Origin: Acidobacteriota bacterium
GTDB lineage: Bacteria; Acidobacteriota; UBA6911; JACQSX01
Reading direction: 5' to 3'
Assembly (NCBI GenBank): GCA_036507075.1
Contig: DASXQR010000060.1
Coordinates: 1-64,000 of the forward strand
Length of the DNA stretch: 64,000 nt
The notes under the pieces: generated by a model
Seen by the model: only the letters and a program-made list of their open reading frames with translations
The model's database searches: none
Told to the model about the DNA's origin: nothing
In this document: positions 8,697-17,249 of the stretch, piece after piece
Position numbering within the stretch: the first letter of the stretch is position 1
Layout: every line of letters begins with the position of its first letter
Made by a program: the position numbers and the translations under genes

Positions 8697-10364
8697 TTGT
8701 TTCTAAGAATATCCTCGATGAATCCTGAGCTCTTAGATCCTATGAACAGTTCGTTCCGTGTCACTGGGTGGTTTCAGACTCCGCACATAAAAATTACGAT
8801 CCTTCTTTTCCTGGCCGTTCTTGTGATCAATATTCTCGCGGTATGGGGAATCATTTCGGCCCATCGCAGTGCTCGATCTACCGCACTGCACGACCTGCAG
8901 CTTGAAACTTCAGCGCACGCTCGTTCTCTGGAAGCACTGCTTGCCTCGCGTCGCGGCGATGCTTTATTTCTGGCGCAGTCGCGGCCTTTCGCAAACGTTT
9001 CTTCCCTCTTCTCAAGCTCGAATCCCCTGATCCGCCGATGGGGTCGGATCGACCTGGAGGCATCCATTTTGCTTTTTATGGGAGCTCATCCTGAGATCGA
9101 GCGAATCGTCCTTCGCGATCCAAGCGGGCAACCATTGCTGGTTGGCGGGCGGCGGCAACAGTTTCCCGTTTTGCTGCCTGCTCAGAACGTCGCGTCAGAC
9201 GACCAGAACAGAACATTGAAGGGAATTTTCCCACTCGACACGGGTGGCAGACAGGAAGGTACGCTCGAAGTTCTACTTGGTGTACCCAAACTGCTGGCCA
9301 TTGCCGCTCCGGGAGTGAGATCCGGTTTTGCCATTCAGGAGCGGGCCTCAATCCAGCCTTCCTCTTCAATCACGGGTGACGTGATGGTGGTTTCAGCCCC
9401 GATTCGTGATTCAGGCTGGAATCCCCCCGTTCAGTGGACGCTGGTTGGACGCGAAAGCGAAAGCCGGCTGCTTCAATCCATCGCCGCTCTTGCCGTGCGA
9501 TACCGCACTACCGTAATTCTGAACCTGGTTGTTATAACGCTCGCCCTGCTGGTCGGCGTCGTCGCCTTCCATCAAGTTCGCAGCCGGGTGACGCTGGAGG
9601 AAGACGGGCGCCATCAGGCGGAACTTCGGAGGTTGGAGCACCAGTTAATGCACAATGAAAGACTTGCCAGCGTGGGAAGAATGGCCGCCGGCATCGCGCA
9701 TGAGATAAACAATCCGCTCGAAGGAATGGCAAACTATTTGAGCCTGATGGAAGACGACCTTCAGAGCGGCCATACCGCCGAAGCTCTGAAAATCAGCGGC
9801 AAAGTCCGAGAGGGACTGGATCGGGCCGCCGGCATCATCCGCCAGGTATTGACGTTCTCGGGACCCGGTTCGCTCCCCAGCGCTCCGGTGGAATTGAAAG
9901 ACGTGCTGCGTGAGACCGTGCAATTCGTCCGCTCCCACCCATCTTTCAGAAACGTAGACGTGAAGCTTGAAACTCCTCCCGATGAGCTTTGGCTCGCAGG
10001 CAACCGTATCACGCTCGGCCAGTTGTTTTTGAACCTGATGATCAATGCGTGCGAAGCCCAGCCCTCGGGCGGGAAGGTGGAAGTTAGATTGAGTCGCAGC
10101 GGACAAACGGCATCGATCACCGTATCGGACGAAGGACCCGGCATTCCGGCCGACGCTCTTACGCGCATATTCGAGCCGTTTTACTCGGCAAAAGGGTCCG
10201 CCGGGTTAGGCCTTTTTGTCTGCCACGGCATCGTCGGCCAGCATCACGGTCAGATCCGCGCCCACAACCGGCGCGACCGGGGAGCGATCTTTGAAGTTGA
10301 ATTGTCCGGACTTATTGCCGAACAGGCCACACTGAGGCAACTGGAACATCGGGCGGCGGTTTGA
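8697..10364 (+). CDS. membrane sensor histidine kinase (NtrB-like)
   Basis: Two TM segments, H-box ERLASVGRMAAGIAHEINNPL, N-box QLFLNLMINACEA, DEGPGI and GLGL. The start may be 8718 or 8742. Confidence 0.92.
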   Translation: MFLRISSMNPELLDPMNSSFRVTGWFQTPHIKITILLFLAVLVINILAVWGIISAHRSARSTALHDLQLETSAHARSLEALLASRRGDALFLAQSRPFANVSSLFSSSNPLIRRWGRIDLEASILLFMGAHPEIERIVLRDPSGQPLLVGGRRQQFPVLLPAQNVASDDQNRTLKGIFPLDTGGRQEGTLEVLLGVPKLLAIAAPGVRSGFAIQERASIQPSSSITGDVMVVSAPIRDSGWNPPVQWTLVGRESESRLLQSIAALAVRYRTTVILNLVVITLALLVGVVAFHQVRSRVTLEEDGRHQAELRRLEHQLMHNERLASVGRMAAGIAHEINNPLEGMANYLSLMEDDLQSGHTAEALKISGKVREGLDRAAGIIRQVLTFSGPGSLPSAPVELKDVLRETVQFVRSHPSFRNVDVKLETPPDELWLAGNRITLGQLFLNLMINACEAQPSGGKVEVRLSRSGQTASITVSDEGPGIPADALTRIFEPFYSAKGSAGLGLFVCHGIVGQHHGQIRAHNRRDRGAIFEVELSGLIAEQATLRQLEHRAAV

Positions 10365-10365
10365 A

Positions 10366-11754
10366 ATGATCAAGTTTCGTGGAACTGTTTTGATTGTCGA
10401 CGACGAGTCCTACGTAAGGGAATCGCTGGCGACCGTGCTGGCGCGTAAGGGCTACCAGGTACGGACGGCAGCCGGCGTCGAAGAGGCGCTGCGGGACGGG
10501 ATCCTGGAAGGGCTCGACGCCGTCATTACAGATCTGCGCATGCCGGGAACCGGAGGCCTGGAGTTGATCCGGAAGCTCGCCGCCGCCGCGCCCGGACTTC
10601 CCGTAATCGTGTTGACCGGCCACGGAACGGTTCCTTCCGCGGTGGAATGCATAAAAGAGGGCGCCGCCGACTACCTCCTCAAGCCTGCCAATCCGGAAGC
10701 TCTGCTGCTGATCCTGGAGCGCGCGCTGGCGCAAAGCACCATGCGGCGCGAGCTGGAATACCTGCGCGTGGGAAATCGCCGCGCCGCGCACCGCGAACCT
10801 CAAGGGGTCAGCGCCGGATGGAAGACTGTGATGGAAATGGTGGAAGCCGCCGCTCCCACCGATACGACCGTGCTGCTGCTGGGCGAATCCGGCACCGGCA
10901 AAGAGGAGGTCGCCCAGGTGCTGCACCGAAGGAGCAGCCGCGCCCGCTTTCCGTTCGTCAAGGTAAATTGCGCCGCCATCCCGCTCGAGTTGTTTGAAAG
11001 CGAATTCTTCGGCCACCGCCGCGGGGCCTTCACCGGCGCCACTGCGGACCGCGACGGCAGATTTCGCATCGCAAACAACGGCACACTTTTCATGGATGAG
11101 ATCGATTCGATGCCCGAAGCGGCCCAGATGAAAGTACTGCGCGTTCTTCAGGATGGAGTATTTGAGAGAGTGGGCGAAAGTCACCCCACCTCTGTGAATG
11201 TGCGCATCATTGCGGCCAGCAACTCCGATGTGGAAGCCGAAGTCGAGGCCGGCAGATTTCGAAGCGATCTTTTTTACCGCATCAACGTGATGACTATTCA
11301 TGTGCCGCCGCTGCGTCAACGACGCGAGGATATTCCGGTGCTGGCAAGCCTGTTTCTGGAGGAATTCTCCGCACGCATTCAAAAGCCTGTGCGCGCGATC
11401 AGTCCTGAGGCCATGAAGCATCTGGAAAGCTACAGATGGCCTGGAAACGTCCGCGAGCTTCGCAACGTGATCGAGCGCGCCGTGATCCTGGAGAAAACTG
11501 AAGGACTCCTGCCGTCAAGCCTTCCATTTAACCTGGTCCAGGAGGGCCGTCCCGAGCACGTCAACGACCTGAACCTGAGATCGCTGCTTGCCGCCGAAGA
11601 GCGCCGCGTGCTGCAGGAAGCGTTGCGGCGAAGTAAGGGGGTAAAGCGCGAGGCTGCGCGGTTGCTCGGAGTGGACGAGCGCAATCTGGGTTACTTCATC
11701 AAGAAGCATGGATTGCAAAAAGAATCTTCTCAAAAGCGCGATCTGCATAACTGA
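10366..11754 (+). CDS. sigma-54-dependent response regulator (NtrC family)
   Basis: Receiver domain (VDDE, TDLRMP), Walker A GESGTGKE, GAFTGA, WPGNVREL and C-terminal HTH. Confidence 0.95.
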   Translation: MIKFRGTVLIVDDESYVRESLATVLARKGYQVRTAAGVEEALRDGILEGLDAVITDLRMPGTGGLELIRKLAAAAPGLPVIVLTGHGTVPSAVECIKEGAADYLLKPANPEALLLILERALAQSTMRRELEYLRVGNRRAAHREPQGVSAGWKTVMEMVEAAAPTDTTVLLLGESGTGKEEVAQVLHRRSSRARFPFVKVNCAAIPLELFESEFFGHRRGAFTGATADRDGRFRIANNGTLFMDEIDSMPEAAQMKVLRVLQDGVFERVGESHPTSVNVRIIAASNSDVEAEVEAGRFRSDLFYRINVMTIHVPPLRQRREDIPVLASLFLEEFSARIQKPVRAISPEAMKHLESYRWPGNVRELRNVIERAVILEKTEGLLPSSLPFNLVQEGRPEHVNDLNLRSLLAAEERRVLQEALRRSKGVKREAARLLGVDERNLGYFIKKHGLQKESSQKRDLHN

Positions 11755-11760
11755 GAGGCT

Positions 11761-13509
11761 GTGAACAGAAAATCGCTGCTGATCATCCTGCTGCTGATCG
11801 CCGGTTGCCGCCCGGAGGGGCCTCCCCGGCAGGAAGCGACTCAGTCGTCCCAGCCCGATTCCATCAAGGAGGCGCCCCGCTCCACCCCGCAACAGACTGC
11901 GGTGATGGCCCCACCTCCATCTGAAGGCATTTTTACCAACATCACTGCAGCCGCGGGCATAAAGTTCTCTCACTTCAACGATGCTTCGGGCCGAAAGTAT
12001 CTGCCTGAGACGATGGGGTCAGGCGCGGCTTTCTTCGATTATGACGGAGACGGCAGGCCTGACCTGTACCTGGTCAATGGCTGCCCCATTTTGGGCGACC
12101 GGCACGGCGCCAAAAGCGGCGTCCTGTACCGCAATCTGGACGGGCTTCACTTCCAGGACGTGACTCGCCAGGCCGGACTGGCGGAAGTTTTCTACGGGAT
12201 GGGGGCCGCGGTGGGCGACATCGATAATGACGGTCACATCGACTTGTTTGTTGCCGGGCTTGACGGAGACCGTCTTTTCCGCAACCGAGGGGACGGAAGT
12301 TTTGAAGACGTGACCCAAAAGATGGGGTTGGCCGACCGAGGCTTCGGCTCCAGCGCCGCTTTCCTGGACTATGACAGAGACGGATACCTTGACCTTTTCG
12401 TCGGCCGCTACGTGCAATGGAGTCCAGCCACCGACATCGCTTGCAAACCCGACGGAGTACACCGCGTCTACTGCACTCCGGAAGTGTATCGCGGGCAGAG
12501 TAATCGCCTTTATCACAACATCCGGGGACGCAGGTTTGAAGACATCACCCGCAGCTCAGGTACTTATAATCCTGACGGAAAAACTCTGGGCGTGGCTATC
12601 CTCGACCACAACCGCGATGGATGGCCGGACATTGCTGTGGCCAACGACACGGCACGGAATTTTCTGTTTATCAATAACCGCGACGGTACCTTCTCGGAAA
12701 TGGGCGTCATCTCCGGGATGGCATACAGCGAATCGGGAGCGACGCGCGGCGGAATGGGAATTGATGCCGCCGACGTGGACGGCGACGGCTACACCGACAT
12801 CGTTATCGGCAATTTCGCCAACGAAATGTCGGCATTTTACCGCGGCTCTCAAAACGGCTACTACACCGACGATGCCGCCCAGGCAGGCATCGGCTTTCCC
12901 AGTCTGATGAGCCTGGCGTTCGGAACGCTCTGGGTCGACTTCGACAATGACGGATGGCTTGATCTGGTGATCGCCAACGGGCACATTGAACCTGATATTT
13001 CCAGCAGTCAGAAACTGCAAACCTATGCTCAGAAGCCTCAGTTTTTCAGAAATGACGGGCATGGGAACTTCGTCCTCGTCACTGGGGGGAAGGCCGGCCC
13101 GCTGGAAACTCCCATAGTGGGACGGGGTCTGGCCGCTGCAGATATTGACGGCGATGGCGATCTGGATCTGCTCATTACGCAAAACGGCCGGCCTCCCCGG
13201 TTGCTGCGAAATGATGCGGCACCTCACCGCTGGCTTCGAATTCAGTTAATCGGGAGTGCGAGCAACCGGACCGGATACGGAGGGACAGTTCGCGCACTCC
13301 AGGGCAGCCGAACCTGGACCCGGTCTCTTACCTCCGGACGTTCCTATCTTTCCGCTTCTGAGCCGGTGCTGAGCTTTGGTTTTGGGTCTCTTTCGAAACT
13401 GGACCGTCTGGAAATCACATGGCCCTCGGGAGCCGTGCAGACAATTCACAACCCCCCGCTCAATCAACTCCTGGCAGTGCGCGAACCACGACGCGGCAGT
13501 AGCCCTTGA
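11761..13509 (+). CDS. CRTAC1-family ASPIC/UnbV + FG-GAP lipoprotein
   Basis: Lipobox LIAGC, FG-GAP DxDxDG repeats and C-terminal GRSYLSASEPVLSFGFG..ITWPSG. Paralog of 2683-4377. Confidence 0.9.
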   Translation: MNRKSLLIILLLIAGCRPEGPPRQEATQSSQPDSIKEAPRSTPQQTAVMAPPPSEGIFTNITAAAGIKFSHFNDASGRKYLPETMGSGAAFFDYDGDGRPDLYLVNGCPILGDRHGAKSGVLYRNLDGLHFQDVTRQAGLAEVFYGMGAAVGDIDNDGHIDLFVAGLDGDRLFRNRGDGSFEDVTQKMGLADRGFGSSAAFLDYDRDGYLDLFVGRYVQWSPATDIACKPDGVHRVYCTPEVYRGQSNRLYHNIRGRRFEDITRSSGTYNPDGKTLGVAILDHNRDGWPDIAVANDTARNFLFINNRDGTFSEMGVISGMAYSESGATRGGMGIDAADVDGDGYTDIVIGNFANEMSAFYRGSQNGYYTDDAAQAGIGFPSLMSLAFGTLWVDFDNDGWLDLVIANGHIEPDISSSQKLQTYAQKPQFFRNDGHGNFVLVTGGKAGPLETPIVGRGLAAADIDGDGDLDLLITQNGRPPRLLRNDAAPHRWLRIQLIGSASNRTGYGGTVRALQGSRTWTRSLTSGRSYLSASEPVLSFGFGSLSKLDRLEITWPSGAVQTIHNPPLNQLLAVREPRRGSSP

Positions 13510-13605
13510 CCTGTTTGTTGACCTGGCTAGGTGCCTTGGTGGTGAAAAAATTGAACCACCAAGACACCAAGCTATCAAATCGAAAGTGTGTTAATTTGAA
13601 TAGTT

Positions 13606-14343
13606 ATGATTTGGAAATTGTTTACAGGAACAGACCAGCCGACGCGCAGCCAGATTGACCGCCAGGTCAAGAAACTGGTGCATCCGCACGGCGAATCGGC
13701 AAACCGCATGGCCGCAGTGGAGCAATTGCTGGAGTGGAACACGCGGGAAAGCATAGCGGCCATCCTGAAGCGGTTCACAGTTGTCGCTTCGCCTGCCACG
13801 CTCGACCTGGAAGAAAAGCAGCACGTCTGCAATCTGCTGATTGGCCTGGGTCGGGAGATCGTCGATCCGGTGAAGGCATTTTTGCTGAGCGAGGTCCAGG
13901 TTTACTGGCCCGCCAAGGCTCTTCAGGGCGTCCTGAGCGCAGACGAATTCAAGGAGACGATGGCGGAAATTCTGCTGCACCTGCAGAACTCCTACGTGCG
14001 GGTTTCCGACCAGAAGCGCGACTTGATCCGTCAGGTCCACGGACTGGAGCATCCCAGGCTCTTTGAAATCGGCGAGAACTTCCTGACAGACGCGAGCGAT
14101 GATGTGCGTATCGCGGCGCTCGAGTATCTCTTCTCAGTACCCAACGATCATCGACGCTCGGCGATCCTGAACGCTATCTTTGCCGATGAGCAATCCGCCA
14201 GGTTCTGGCTGCGCTTTGCAGACTTGGCGGCGCAGAAAAACTGGAAAGTCCCTTCGGAGCACCGCGACAAGATGCAGAAGCAGTTGCCCCCCGAGTTTTA
14301 CATGACCTCGCATGGAGAATTGAAGCAGCGACCTAAGCGGTAA
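13606..14343 (+). CDS. HEAT-repeat-like hypothetical protein
   Basis: 245-aa helical ORF with HEAT-like NRMAAVEQL and DASDDVRIAALEYL. Confidence 0.7.
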   Translation: MIWKLFTGTDQPTRSQIDRQVKKLVHPHGESANRMAAVEQLLEWNTRESIAAILKRFTVVASPATLDLEEKQHVCNLLIGLGREIVDPVKAFLLSEVQVYWPAKALQGVLSADEFKETMAEILLHLQNSYVRVSDQKRDLIRQVHGLEHPRLFEIGENFLTDASDDVRIAALEYLFSVPNDHRRSAILNAIFADEQSARFWLRFADLAAQKNWKVPSEHRDKMQKQLPPEFYMTSHGELKQRPKR

Positions 14344-14350
14344 GGCCTCA

Positions 14351-14410
14351 AATGCGGATTTCGGAATGCGGAATGGGGAATAAGAAGTAGCATCCCGTAT
14401 TCCGCATTCG
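14351..14410. repeat. GCGGAAT/ATTCCGC heptamer inverted array (also 22808-22915, 27146-27324, 34984-35226, 51981-52094, 55294-55550)
   Basis: Runs of (GCGGAAT)n followed by (ATTCCGC)n at six loci. Confidence 0.9.
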
Positions 14411-14482
14411 TAAGTATGCTCGAAAACCGTACTAAAAAGCACGAATTTGCCAACTTGCCACACAGAGGATAGAACTGCACCC

Positions 14483-16831
14483 TCACCGCTCAAATTTCCC
14501 AAAGACGGCGTCTCTTCCCTTGGTCGAAAGTTCCTTCCGCAGATTTTCAACCGCTACGCGTACTACGTCCCGATGATGGACCTCGGGATGGGCGCCCGCG
14601 GTAATCTCCAGCCAGATCTGATGAATCAGATTGATATCTTCCTGCGTCAGGTTGGGGGCGTGCGCGCCCAGGTAGTACGTTCGAACGTTGCCCGGAGCCA
14701 GCACCACTTTAAGGGCGAGCTGCTTGCGTTTTCTGTCAGGAAGGCTCTCCCATATGGCGCCGATGCGCCGGGCCTGTTCGTCGGGACTCATTTTGGCGGA
14801 TGCGCCCGCCACAATTTCACTCACCTGCAGATTGTCGGCGGTCTGCGCAATAGCCTGAAAGATATCCGTGGTCGGCACCACCATCAGCTTGACCGGCTTG
14901 CCGTGCTTTTCGGAAATCGCGACGACTTTCGAGAAAAGAAGCTGTTCGTATTCGGAAAATACCGCCGCGCCGCCTGAGAAATCAATTCCTCCGGACGCGC
15001 CGCGCACCACCTTGGCAGTCATTACCACAACGTCCCGCAGCTCGGTGTTGACCCGGTTCAGCACCCAGTCCAGATGATCAAGCGTGTTGTAATCGCGCAC
15101 CGGCGCCAGAATTCCTCCCGGGCGGGTGTGCATCACTCCCGCATCCACTTCCTCCTTCTCGGAGAGGCGAAACTGGTCGGTCACCTCGCCCTTGCGCGCC
15201 CGCCTCCTCTCGTTTATTCGCTCCGATACGACAAACAGAGAAAAGAAGATCAGGGTGAAAGCCACGCCGCTGATGGTGGCGACCTCCTTGGTGATCAAAT
15301 TAATCACCGCAATGGAAATCAGGATCAGCGTGATGATCCCCAAGCCGAGCGGAATTTCAGTCCTGCCAACCGGAATATTCAGGGGAACTTTCCATTCGCG
15401 CGGCATCTTCGACCGGAAACGAAGCACCGTGGTGGCCAGCCCATTGAACACGAATGACCAGATCACGCCAAAAGCATAGGCTTCACCCAATGCGTAGGTA
15501 TTTCCCCGGGAAGCGATGATGGCGATCAACTGCAGAGCCACGACCATGTTGATCATTCGATACGTCGTGCCGTACTTTCGATGCGGGGCTCGGAACCAGT
15601 CTGTCAGGACACCGTCTTCGCTAACACGGTTAAGAACGCTGTTGGACCCGATCATTGCCGTGTTTACCGCGCCGGCAAGCATCAGAAACCCGACGATTAC
15701 GATAAAGGCGTTAAACAGCAGGCGCAGCGGAAGGGGTCCCACCAGGTGCATCGCGACTCCGCTGATCAGGTTTTCATAATATTGCGGTCTGACGGACTGA
15801 GGAATGATGGCATAAGCGAAAAATGAGACCAATGCGGTAAAGCAGATGGAGAACACAAAGATGACAATCGCCGCGCGGACCAGATTCTTATGCTTGGGAT
15901 GTTCCAGTTCCCGATAAACCTGCGCCAGGGACTCCTCGCCCGACATGGCCAGGATGGAATGCCCGAAGGCGATCAGGATCCCGATAAGCCCGAGGAGTGT
16001 GCCTGCGTTCGGCGGCAATCTAAATCGATGCTCTTCCCGCGCATTCTCCGATGAGGCGGTCAGGGTCGGTGTGTCCGGGTTGGCCTCGATGCGCAGCGCT
16101 CCGGGAGCAATCTTAGGCAACCAGCCTACCGCATCCGGATTGAAGGAAAGATTGCGGCCCACGGGCGCGGGAGGCAGGCGACGATTCTCCGGCCTTGAGA
16201 CGATCGTGAGGCTGCTCCAGAAGATCAGTATCACCACCATCGTCGTGGTCACATACATGATCTTCAACGCATCCTCTGAAGATTCGTGAATGCCCTTGGT
16301 ATTTCTGCGCCAGAAGTAGCACGTAATGAGAACCGCTATGACGGCTGCCAGGAGATTGAGGCTTTCTTCGGCGGGAGCCCAGCCGTATCCGAAATAGACC
16401 AGCGTGGCCTGCAGCAGCTTGACGATGTACTGGCCGGCGGCAACACCGGAAATCGGACCGGTGAGAATGTAATCAAACATTAAGGCTGAAACTGACACCT
16501 TTGCCAGAGTTGAGCCCATCGCTTCACGTACCACGCGATAAACACCGGCGCGCGTAAACATCGCACAAGACTCAACATAAATGGCTCGTACGGCCGTGGA
16601 GAAAAGCATCACGCCCAGAATGAACCATGGGGCCGACTGCCCTACCGCCTTTTCAGCTATTCCCCCGGCGTAAAAGGCCGACGAGCCCAGATCATTCAGC
16701 ACGATGGCGGCGGCGCGCCAAAAAGAAATAAAACTGAGCATGACGGTGGTCGCAACCACCACTTTGACTTTGGTTGAGGTTCGAGGCTGTGACTCTGCAG
16801 GAGGTGAGCCAGGCGCCGGAGTATCCACCAT
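14483..16831 (-). CDS. APC family permease with cytoplasmic USP-like C-terminus (YdaO/KimA-like), copy 1
   Basis: Multi-TM protein with AAAIVLNDLGSSAFY, LAMSGEESLAQ and LGEAYAFGV motifs and a soluble C-terminal domain. Confidence 0.85.
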   Translation of the reverse strand: MVDTPAPGSPPAESQPRTSTKVKVVVATTVMLSFISFWRAAAIVLNDLGSSAFYAGGIAEKAVGQSAPWFILGVMLFSTAVRAIYVESCAMFTRAGVYRVVREAMGSTLAKVSVSALMFDYILTGPISGVAAGQYIVKLLQATLVYFGYGWAPAEESLNLLAAVIAVLITCYFWRRNTKGIHESSEDALKIMYVTTTMVVILIFWSSLTIVSRPENRRLPPAPVGRNLSFNPDAVGWLPKIAPGALRIEANPDTPTLTASSENAREEHRFRLPPNAGTLLGLIGILIAFGHSILAMSGEESLAQVYRELEHPKHKNLVRAAIVIFVFSICFTALVSFFAYAIIPQSVRPQYYENLISGVAMHLVGPLPLRLLFNAFIVIVGFLMLAGAVNTAMIGSNSVLNRVSEDGVLTDWFRAPHRKYGTTYRMINMVVALQLIAIIASRGNTYALGEAYAFGVIWSFVFNGLATTVLRFRSKMPREWKVPLNIPVGRTEIPLGLGIITLILISIAVINLITKEVATISGVAFTLIFFSLFVVSERINERRRARKGEVTDQFRLSEKEEVDAGVMHTRPGGILAPVRDYNTLDHLDWVLNRVNTELRDVVVMTAKVVRGASGGIDFSGGAAVFSEYEQLLFSKVVAISEKHGKPVKLMVVPTTDIFQAIAQTADNLQVSEIVAGASAKMSPDEQARRIGAIWESLPDRKRKQLALKVVLAPGNVRTYYLGAHAPNLTQEDINLIHQIWLEITAGAHPEVHHRDVVRVAVENLRKELSTKGRDAVFGKFER

Positions 16832-17034
16832 ACAAGAATTATTATTCTACGCCGCAGGCGCTGCAATGCGGAAGGGCGAGCGGGAGGAAATGACCGAGAC
16901 GCGCGCGTGAGCTAGCGGACTCTGGATGGTCATTAGTCATTCGTCATTCGTTTTTGTGCAAACTTGGCTGAACTTTCGCACAGTTAATGACTGATGATTA
17001 ATGACTATCGACACCACAGGGTCCGCTTGCTTAC

Positions 17035-17217
17035 GGGCGTGTTGCCCAAATCGGAACAGAATGGAGACGGCTACATTCTGTTCACCGCAGAGCCGCCGAG
17101 AACGCCAAGTTTCGCTGAGGTTGTGATGAAACTCTGCGGAAACTCGGCGTTCTTTGCGGCTCTGCGGTGAATACAACGTGTCCGTCTACGGCCGGCTTCG
17201 TTTTGGGCAACACGCCC
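17035..17217. mobile_element. MITE A (183 bp), 16-bp TIR GGGCGTGTTGCCCAAA, TTAC target duplication
   Basis: Perfect TIRs at 17035-17050 and 17202-17217, with TTAC at 17031-17034 and 17218-17221. A near-identical partial copy lies at 62679-62828. Confidence 0.85.
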
Positions 17218-17249
17218 TTACGCGCGCGGCTCGGTCGGTAACACTTAGC

